The translations under genes were made by a program, and so were the position numbers. Under the pieces are notes generated by a model. That model saw only the letters and a list, made by a program, of their open reading frames with translations, did no database searches and had not been told where the DNA came from. Below, one piece after another: positions 56,842-64,000 of a stretch of 64,000 nt of DNA (positions are counted from its first letter, which is position 1; each line of letters begins with the position of its first letter). Source of the DNA: a virus; the IMG/VR virus record IMGVR_UViG_3300020471_000623, positions 1-64,000 of that record; one strand, 5' to 3'.

Positions 56842-57708
56842 ATGGCAGACGAACAAGAAAAACATATAGTATTTTCATATGGACGTATGAATCCGCCTAC
56901 TGCTGGACATAGCAAAGTCGTAGATAAAGTTAAGTCACATGCAGAAAAAATAGGTGCTAATCATGCTGTCATTGTTAGTCATTCACAAAACAGTAAAACA
57001 GACCCTTTACATCATGAGCACAAAAAAGAATATCTAAGACATATTCATCCAGATGTAAACTTTGAACATTCTACAAAAGAACACCCACACTTCTTAGCAC
57101 AACTTAAAAAGTTTAATCAAGAAGGACATTCACACGCAACTATGGTTGTAGGTAGTGATAGAGTAAAACAATTCAAGTCGTTGGCACATAAATACAACGG
57201 TAAAGAGTATAATTATAAAAAGATAAACATACTATCAGCAGGACACAGAGACCCAGATGCTGAGGGTGTTGCAGGTATAAGTGGAACAAAGATGCGTAAT
57301 CATGCTAGTGGTAATGATTACAAATCATTTAAGGCAGGACTACATGCCAATCATAGTGATGAACATGCCAGAAAACTATTTAAAGCAACACGTCAAGGTA
57401 TGAATCTACAGAAAGAAGAGGTAGGCATGAAAGACTTTAAAACATTCCTTGCAGAAGATATGTCAGGTATGACTGTCGGAGGCGGACATAAAAGAAGTGT
57501 CAAGCAAGGAGCTGGACTTACTAAGAAAGGTGTTGCTAAATATAGGCGACAAAATCCTGGTAGTAAATTACAAACAGCAGTTACCACACCACCAAGTAAA
57601 CTAAAACCTGGCAGTAAAGCTGCCAAAAGACGTAAATCGTTTTGCGCTAGAAGTAGAGGATGGACAGGTGAAAGAGGTAAAGCAGCAAGACGGAGGTGGA
57701 ATTGTTAA
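56842..57708 (+). CDS. HxGH nucleotidyltransferase fused to a basic DUF6321-like C-terminal module
   Basis: GRMNPPTAGH, VVGSDR and SGTKMR; C-terminal GL..KG..KYRR.NPGS.L and RRKSFCAR. Confidence 0.82.
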   Translation: MADEQEKHIVFSYGRMNPPTAGHSKVVDKVKSHAEKIGANHAVIVSHSQNSKTDPLHHEHKKEYLRHIHPDVNFEHSTKEHPHFLAQLKKFNQEGHSHATMVVGSDRVKQFKSLAHKYNGKEYNYKKINILSAGHRDPDAEGVAGISGTKMRNHASGNDYKSFKAGLHANHSDEHARKLFKATRQGMNLQKEEVGMKDFKTFLAEDMSGMTVGGGHKRSVKQGAGLTKKGVAKYRRQNPGSKLQTAVTTPPSKLKPGSKAAKRRKSFCARSRGWTGERGKAARRRWNC

Positions 57709-57962
57709 TAGTTTATAGACTAATGTTGTCAGCAGTAACGGCAACATTTGGAACAGCATTTGCAAAGTGGTTTTTCACAACAAAGATAGGTATATGGGTT
57801 CAACAAAAATTTGAACAGTTCATGAATTACCTACAAGAAAAATACGACATTGAATTGGCAAAAAAGGAAGCAGCTTGGAGGAGAGATTATCCATTATTAG
57901 CACAACGTATTGATGGTTTAGAAGAGGATTTAGACGAGCTGTATAAAAAGGTAAATAAATGA
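57696..57962 (+). CDS. Hypothetical membrane-associated protein
   Basis: GGAGG RBS with GTG start; hydrophobic N terminus. Confidence 0.55.
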   Translation: MELLIVYRLMLSAVTATFGTAFAKWFFTTKIGIWVQQKFEQFMNYLQEKYDIELAKKEAAWRRDYPLLAQRIDGLEEDLDELYKKVNK

Positions 57963-58333
57963 GTAAAATTTTTATAGGAATAATATTTGCTATGCTTTTG
58001 GCATTCGGAGGTTATTATTGGATATCAGAAAAGAGAATAGCTACTCTAACTGAGAATAATGCTAAACTAACAATAGCAGCACAAACTAATCAAGAAACAA
58101 TTAATAAGCTGGAAGAGGACAATCAGGCTTATGAAGTAGCTAATAAAGAATTACAATTGAAGTATAGAGAGGCAGAAAAATATGGTGACGAACTGTCTAA
58201 AAAATTAAGAGAACATGATTTAACAAGATTGACTTTGCGTAAGCCTGGTCTAATTGAAAAGAGAGTAAACGATGCAACAAAGAAAGTATTTGAAGAACTT
58301 GAGTCTTCTACTGCTGTTCAGCCTGACAATTAG
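57959..58333 (+). CDS. i-spanin (Rz-like)
   Basis: N-terminal TM plus coiled coil; overlaps a lipoprotein gene. Confidence 0.7.
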   Translation: MSKIFIGIIFAMLLAFGGYYWISEKRIATLTENNAKLTIAAQTNQETINKLEEDNQAYEVANKELQLKYREAEKYGDELSKKLREHDLTRLTLRKPGLIEKRVNDATKKVFEELESSTAVQPDN

Positions 58334-58670
58334 TGGCTGTTCATTAATACCTAAGCAAGTAGAAGTTCAAACAAAATTTATAGAAAGAAAGATTCCTATT
58401 CAGGAACCACCTAAAGGACTTACACTTTACCCTGTTACATTCTATGCAGTAACAGAAGATAACTACAAAGAGTTCGAGGAAAAGTTTAAAGATAAGAATG
58501 AAAACCTAGTCTTTTTTGCGCTATCAGTGCCAGATTATGAGAATATGTCGTTAAATTTAGCAGAAATGAAAAGATATATAGATCAACAAAAAACTATCAT
58601 TGTCTACTATGAGAAAAGTATAAATAATGAGTATAAAGCACAAATTGGCGTAGAAGAGGGTAATGAGTAA
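58272..58670 (+). CDS. o-spanin (Rz1-like lipoprotein)
   Basis: Lipobox LTISGC; Pro-rich linker; YE.MS.N. Confidence 0.7.
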   Translation: MQQRKYLKNLSLLLLFSLTISGCSLIPKQVEVQTKFIERKIPIQEPPKGLTLYPVTFYAVTEDNYKEFEEKFKDKNENLVFFALSVPDYENMSLNLAEMKRYIDQQKTIIVYYEKSINNEYKAQIGVEEGNE

Positions 58671-61260
58671 AATCACACAAGTATTCGAGGACTTAGCATC
58701 AGGTAGACCTATAAAGAAACCTGTAAAATCTAACCTGCTTAAGGCTAGAAAAGATGCTAACGAAAAGGCTTTGAAGTCAGGTTTTATGAAAATGCCTGAT
58801 TATGCTAGAAAAAAGTTTGATGAGGAAAAGGAAGAAGAATACAAACCTCATTACATGTATAAAGGTGATAAAAAAGTTTACGCCAAGAAAAAAGAAGATC
58901 ACGACAAATTAAACAAACAAGGTTACGATCACGACGACCCTAAAACTAAAAAGATAGAAGAAGGGAAGAAGAAAGGTTTGTGGGATAACATACATGCTCG
59001 TAGGAAAAAAGGACTACCACCTAAAAAACCTGGGCAAGAAGGATATCCTAAAACTCTAAATATAGAAGAGAAAAAACCTAAGAACTGTGGTTGTGGACAG
59101 GACCCTTGTATCACATACGGCAAAGGTGGTAAGATGGAAAAAGAACAAGTAAATGAAATTTCAGATGAAATGAAAATGAGATACATTTCTAAAGCTAACA
59201 AAGAAATTAGCTCAGCAGAAAAAGAAAGACTAGCAGGCAAAGGTCACGCTGTTAAAACAGATAAAGACTATGATAGATTAGTATCCAAACCACTTAAAAG
59301 ACGTAAAGGTGTTGTCCAAGCAAAAAGTAAATTAGGGGAAGAGAAAAAGAAAGGCCTAGACGGCAAAGAATGTTGGGACGGTTATAAACTACAAGGAACT
59401 AAAAAGAAAGGTGGTAAGACTGTAGATAATTGTGTTAAGATAAAAGAAGAAATGTTATCTGAAATATCTAAAGATATGAAACTAAGATATATTTCTCAAG
59501 CAAACAAGAGTATATCTAAAGATGAACACATGAAAGATTATCTTCAAAGGCAAATGAATAGGAGTAATGCAAAGACTCCAGGCACATTTAGTGGCATGAA
59601 CAAAAAATTTGTTGATGACAAATACGACAAGGATATAAACAAAAGACGTAAAGGTGTAGCAAAGGCTAAGGCATCTCTACAAAAAGAATCTAGTTCTTGG
59701 GTTCAACAAACAGCAGATACTTGGAACGATCACGCAGATCACCCACATCCTAAAGTTAAAAAACATATTAAAGCAGCAGAGAAGGCATACAACAATCAAG
59801 ACATGGAAGCTTTCCATCACCATACAAATAGAGCAGCAGATCACGCACATAGTTTAAAGAGAAATGAGGAAACTTTAGATGCTATAAGAAACGAAGGCTA
59901 TGGTCCTACTATCATGCAAACTCCTAAAGAAAGAGCTAAAACACAGCAGAAGGCAGGAATAGAGCTTGCAAAGAAAAAAGGAATGAAGCCAAGACCTTTT
60001 ATGGAAGCATGGTTTGATACTAATTCATGGCCTACACATAACAGACATAGACAAAGAACAGCAGCTAGGGTATCAGCAGATACTTTAAATAGTGATAGTG
60101 TAAGAGCTAAATTTAAAAAGATGCACCCTAGACAACAAGCGGCATACACCAAAAAAGTTAGAGACAACAACAATAAAAAGTATGGTTACCATCCTACAGT
60201 AGGACATCCTCAGAACAAAACAACACCATTACCTAAACACTTACATCACCCTAAGGTAGGACTAAACGATAGTATTCAAAGGGATATTTACATGAGCCTT
60301 ATGGAACTATCTCCTAAAACAATTAGTTCTTATCAGAAAAAAGCAGGTGCACAATATAGACAATTAAGAAAAGATACACCTAGCAGAGCATCAGCAGATG
60401 GTGGTTACTATAAAGGTTATATCTCAGATAAAGAATATGATTCTATAAACACAGCTAGAGACAAAATGAAAAGAAGAGGTAAAGGTCTTTCAATGTCAGC
60501 AGGCAAAGGTGTTAAGAAAGAATCTTTTGAAAACATATATGAATTAAAGAAGTCTACACTAGGTAGCTATGTTAAGAAGGCTACAGGAGATGCTATATCT
60601 AGATCACATACATCTCAATATAACATTCAAAAAGGAATGTCTGCAAGAGATAAAGGACAGGAAAAGATAGCACAAAAACATTTTAAAAAATCTGAGAAAG
60701 AAAGTAAAAAAACAATGGATAGATTCCATGGTATTAATAGGGCAGCAAATAAACTAACTCCTGGAAAAGACAAAGACGAATACTTAGCAGATAAAAATAA
60801 AACTAAAATGGGTGCAAGTGAGAAAACATTTAAACAAATGCACTCAGGTAAAGTTAAAGCTACAAATGAAGAAAAAATGTCTGGTAGTGAATACACTTCT
60901 TATATGAAAAATGTAAAATCTACAGACAGACAAGTTAGAAAAGCAGTTACTAATGTTTTAGATAAAGCAACTAAAGGTAGAGGCGCTTCACTACACAATA
61001 AACACAAAGACCATCCTGAAGTAAAGGCAGCTCAAAAGTATATGACTGTTGAAAGTCTAAACAAACTTATAGGACAGACTGTAAGTAAAATTAGAGATGC
61101 TGCACAAGAATACAAAAAGAAACAAGATGCTAGTATGAAAGCAGGCAAAGGTATATATCAAAATCCTATGTCAGGCGACAACATAGCAAAACGTTTAGGA
61201 CCAGTAAAAAAAAAGGTAGCGATAAAAGGGTCTCAAATCAAGAACAAGTCAACGTATTAG
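58663..61260 (+). CDS. Large basic modular protein, probable capsid-internal polyprotein
   Basis: Late promoter at 58619; repeated E(I/L)S....(R/S)Y..KA modules separated by (I/L/V)xE sites. Confidence 0.7.
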   Translation: MSKITQVFEDLASGRPIKKPVKSNLLKARKDANEKALKSGFMKMPDYARKKFDEEKEEEYKPHYMYKGDKKVYAKKKEDHDKLNKQGYDHDDPKTKKIEEGKKKGLWDNIHARRKKGLPPKKPGQEGYPKTLNIEEKKPKNCGCGQDPCITYGKGGKMEKEQVNEISDEMKMRYISKANKEISSAEKERLAGKGHAVKTDKDYDRLVSKPLKRRKGVVQAKSKLGEEKKKGLDGKECWDGYKLQGTKKKGGKTVDNCVKIKEEMLSEISKDMKLRYISQANKSISKDEHMKDYLQRQMNRSNAKTPGTFSGMNKKFVDDKYDKDINKRRKGVAKAKASLQKESSSWVQQTADTWNDHADHPHPKVKKHIKAAEKAYNNQDMEAFHHHTNRAADHAHSLKRNEETLDAIRNEGYGPTIMQTPKERAKTQQKAGIELAKKKGMKPRPFMEAWFDTNSWPTHNRHRQRTAARVSADTLNSDSVRAKFKKMHPRQQAAYTKKVRDNNNKKYGYHPTVGHPQNKTTPLPKHLHHPKVGLNDSIQRDIYMSLMELSPKTISSYQKKAGAQYRQLRKDTPSRASADGGYYKGYISDKEYDSINTARDKMKRRGKGLSMSAGKGVKKESFENIYELKKSTLGSYVKKATGDAISRSHTSQYNIQKGMSARDKGQEKIAQKHFKKSEKESKKTMDRFHGINRAANKLTPGKDKDEYLADKNKTKMGASEKTFKQMHSGKVKATNEEKMSGSEYTSYMKNVKSTDRQVRKAVTNVLDKATKGRGASLHNKHKDHPEVKAAQKYMTVESLNKLIGQTVSKIRDAAQEYKKKQDASMKAGKGIYQNPMSGDNIAKRLGPVKKKVAIKGSQIKNKSTY

Positions 61261-61400
61261 AGGTTGCACCACCTAGTGCTAAGTCAGAGAGAATGGTTAA
61301 GCACATAAAGAAAGCATATTCAAAAGACGGCAAACTAACAGACAAAGAAAAGTCTATTGCCTACGCAACAGCATGGAAACATCACAATGGCGATAAATAG
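61209..61400 (+). other. Putative -1 frameshift site and trans-frame extension of the polyprotein
   Basis: In-frame A-AAA-AAG at 61209-61215; -1 frame open to TAG at 61400 encoding ...VLEVAPPSAKSERMVKHIK...IAYATAWK. Confidence 0.6.
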
Positions 61401-62775
61401 ACACGGAGTTCCTAAAGACGCCACAAAGGCAGAACTTAAAAAGATTCGTGCCACAGGCTCTCCTGGAGCTAAAAAACTAGCACATTGGAAGTTAAACATG
61501 CATCACAATACAGAAGCAGTAGAAGATATCAAACAAAGATTACGAGCTAAAAGTAATCGTGTCAAAGATGCTTTGATGGTTAAAAAGATGCAAAAAGTAG
61601 CATTTCGCCATAGAACAGATGAACAAAAATTACCAATGATAAGTCCAGGACTAGAAATGCCTGATATGGTAAATGTAAAGAATACAGTAAAGAAAAAGAA
61701 AGACGAAAAGTGGGCAGAAACAAAACAACACGAAAGACCTAGACAACCACAAACTATGGGAGAGGACGCTAGATATAAAGCATCAATGGGTCCTGGTAGT
61801 ATGGAATGGGGAACTGATGTAGGAGATAATTACTACAGAAGTCTTACACCAGGACAAACTCCTACAGATAAAAAGGCACTACTTAAACCTTTACCTATTA
61901 AGGCGATCAAACCTGAAGATGTAAAAGCAAGACTTAGACAAAAGATAAGAGAAGATTTTGATATAGGTCATATTGAAGATAGACAGGCAGATCATACTAA
62001 ACATCAATATCCTATAGACAACGAAATAGATGCACAATGGAAGTCTAATATTGATGGTATTCTTACAGGAGCATATGAAGGCGGTAAGATAACAATGAAA
62101 GATGTTGAAGAACTAGATTACGAAGCAGAACATTATTCATTTGAAGACGCAGTAGAAGATGGATTATATGACCCTGATGAATTAATGGCTATGGATTTTG
62201 ATGGTGATGAGTATAATGATATAAACATAACAGAAGAAGTTCAATTATTCCTAGAAGCATTATCCGTTCAAGGAAGAATGAAAAGACGTTTTGCTGCTAG
62301 AAGAAACAGACAAAAATTAAGAGTAGCAAGACGTATAGCATTACGAAGAGGTTCTACACCAGACAGATTAAAACGTAGGGCTGTTCGTGGTGCAAGGCTT
62401 ATGGTTTACAAACGTCTATTAAGAGGTAGGGATAGAGCAGGACTACCACCAGCAGAGAAGGCACGTTTAGAAAGAATGATAACAAGATTCCAACCACTTG
62501 TTAATCGTATATCTGTAAAACTACTTCCTCAGATGAGAAGAAACGAAATCAAACGTCTTACAAATAGAGGTAAAGGCCCACAAAGAGCTAAGAAATATAA
62601 AGCAGCTAAGCCAATTAAAGGAGCAGCTTCTTACAAAGCAAAAAGATATAAAATTAAGGCAAAACCATTTAAAGCTAAATATAAAGCTAAACCAGTGTCC
62701 AGAATTAAATCAGGAGGCCCGACACTTAAGAAGGCATCAAGAGCCTATAAGGCGTTCAGTTATTCAGTAGGATAA
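61387..62775 (+). CDS. Modular head-associated protein with Arg-rich gp68-like region (start reassigned to 61387)
   Basis: EWGTD...Y...TPGQ and EALS...R.KR.....R...K motifs; overlaps the end of the -1 frame extension. Confidence 0.6.
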   Translation: MAINRHGVPKDATKAELKKIRATGSPGAKKLAHWKLNMHHNTEAVEDIKQRLRAKSNRVKDALMVKKMQKVAFRHRTDEQKLPMISPGLEMPDMVNVKNTVKKKKDEKWAETKQHERPRQPQTMGEDARYKASMGPGSMEWGTDVGDNYYRSLTPGQTPTDKKALLKPLPIKAIKPEDVKARLRQKIREDFDIGHIEDRQADHTKHQYPIDNEIDAQWKSNIDGILTGAYEGGKITMKDVEELDYEAEHYSFEDAVEDGLYDPDELMAMDFDGDEYNDINITEEVQLFLEALSVQGRMKRRFAARRNRQKLRVARRIALRRGSTPDRLKRRAVRGARLMVYKRLLRGRDRAGLPPAEKARLERMITRFQPLVNRISVKLLPQMRRNEIKRLTNRGKGPQRAKKYKAAKPIKGAASYKAKRYKIKAKPFKAKYKAKPVSRIKSGGPTLKKASRAYKAFSYSVG

Positions 62776-62779
62776 TATT

Positions 62780-63718
62780 ATGAAACTAAATGACCGTTTT
62801 GATGAAATCAGGTCGTTATTCAATAACAAGACAATAGACCCTGTTAAAGAAGAGTGGCTAAAAAGACAGCTAAAAAACGATAAGAATCATCAATCACCTA
62901 ACTACAATATCCAATTCAACGAAGTAATATCTACAAATCCTGATTACCTCGCTACAATAAAAACACCTCATGATCTAATTCCATTTGGAGTATTGAAAAA
63001 CTTTACAGGACCTGGCCCTATTCAAAACATATATGGTTGGGAACGATATGAGTGGTCATATCAAATGAATGAGTATAATCACAGAGACCCTTGGCGATTA
63101 GATAAACCTAAATTAGTAGGATTATTTGGCTCTAGTGATACCTTTGGTGCTGGTTGTAATATAACATATGGAGAAAGATTACAGGAAAAATTACCACCAG
63201 ATTATGGTGTATGTAATTTTGCTACAGCAGGAGCAAACATTCTAGTCATGTTTAAAAAGTTTTTAGTGGTTACAAACATGATGAAATTTGATACTATAAT
63301 ATTATCTTTTCCTGAGGCAAAGTTAATAAGTATGCGAGATCAAGGTTTTATGGCATTGGGAGCATTAACACAGGTATTACCTCACACACCTGAATGGTTA
63401 CAATTATTAAGTAATTTATCACAACCTGATTATGAAGAACTACATGAAGAGATAAAACAAGGTAAAGAAGGCATACCTCTTACAGTATTTCTAATGAAAT
63501 ATGTAGATTATATGATAGATATAGCAGTAAAGAGTAAAGCAAAGGTTGTTATAAGTGGTTGGGATAGAAACTTATACTTCACAATTAAAGAAAAATACCC
63601 TGAAATCACTGCAGAACGCTGGGAATGGTTCGATAAAGCAGAATATGACAAAGCTCATCCAGGACAAGGTTCCCACGACAAATATGCTAATGACCTTTAT
63701 AAGCAGATGAAAGTCTAA
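62780..63718 (+). CDS. SGNH-hydrolase-like hypothetical protein
   Basis: FG.S.TFG.G, NFA..G and D..HPG..SH motifs. Confidence 0.55.
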   Translation: MKLNDRFDEIRSLFNNKTIDPVKEEWLKRQLKNDKNHQSPNYNIQFNEVISTNPDYLATIKTPHDLIPFGVLKNFTGPGPIQNIYGWERYEWSYQMNEYNHRDPWRLDKPKLVGLFGSSDTFGAGCNITYGERLQEKLPPDYGVCNFATAGANILVMFKKFLVVTNMMKFDTIILSFPEAKLISMRDQGFMALGALTQVLPHTPEWLQLLSNLSQPDYEELHEEIKQGKEGIPLTVFLMKYVDYMIDIAVKSKAKVVISGWDRNLYFTIKEKYPEITAERWEWFDKAEYDKAHPGQGSHDKYANDLYKQMKV

Positions 63719-63748
63719 TTTGTATAAATACATGTAATAGGAAGAAGT

Positions 63749-64000
63749 ATGGAAATTGCAGAAAGTTTAGAATACTTACTAGAGTTAGATCAACAACAAC
63801 AAAGGTTGAACACGCTCATAAGACAAGGCATGTTGCCTGCTAGACAATTACCTATACTACACAGAGCTTTAGCAAACATGAGAGCAGGTAAACTATTACC
63901 ACCTTATGAAAGAGAAGCCCTAAGTAAGTTACTAGATAAAATGATGGGATTTCAATTAGGAGATGACATCACATACAATAGAGCAAGACTTCATACTCAG
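63749..64000 (+). CDS. Late hypothetical protein (3'-truncated)
   Basis: Late promoter at 63723-63730; AGGA RBS; frame open to window end. Confidence 0.65.
   Translation, partial: MEIAESLEYLLELDQQQQRLNTLIRQGMLPARQLPILHRALANMRAGKLLPPYEREALSKLLDKMMGFQLGDDITYNRARLHTQ

Noticed and set aside
1479-60896. Numerous minus-strand ORFs in the ORF track
   Set aside because: They are antisense shadows of well-supported + strand genes with no recognisable motifs; only 8442..8675 has an RBS and its own space.
61357-61386. TTG start given in the ORF track for the 472-aa ORF
   Set aside because: This segment is better explained as the -1 frame extension of the upstream gene; ATG 61387 is preferred.
1-64000. 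Avoidance of GATCC/GGATC
   Set aside because: Asp-Pro is often GAC-CC, but GATCC and GGATC do occur (near 1151, 5023, 7150); any partial depletion cannot be established by eye.
1-64000. tRNA genes, CRISPR arrays, IS elements or integrases
   Set aside because: No cloverleaf signatures, regularly spaced direct repeats or transposase/integrase motifs were seen in the short intergenic spaces.

Overview
A 64-kb slice of a large, AT-rich (roughly 35% GC by eye) T4-like myovirus, almost all on the + strand. It holds the tail/head block (gp18-gp23), gp3-uvsY-uvsW-gp55, gp47/46, gp45/44/62-regA, gp43, uvsX and gp41. Spanins and gammaproteobacterial-type NfuA, IscU, cytochrome c and a TonB receptor suggest a Gram-negative, probably marine gammaproteobacterial host (inference). 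Accessory content includes a 7-deazaguanine DNA-modification cluster lacking queC but containing a glycosyltransferase, a dispersed Fe-S/redox kit, radical SAM and 2OG-Fe(II) enzymes, and putative capsid-internal polyproteins. The most striking signal is that GTAC appears purged from the window by synonymous codon choice, while an early-region gene (31639..32097) encodes a small PD-(D/E)xK-like nuclease resembling my recollection of the GTAC cutter RsaI, with no cognate DNA methylase visible. This is a candidate methylase-free 'restriction by site avoidance' system. Other features missing from or misread by the ORF track: an overprinted membrane gene inside gp47, a -1 frameshift extension at 61209, a 17-aa 8-Cys micropeptide after nfuA, an RHH protein, a ROSE-like thermometer and structured RNA before hsp20, and a conserved promoter-spacer motif. 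All annotation is by motif recognition; no database search was run.
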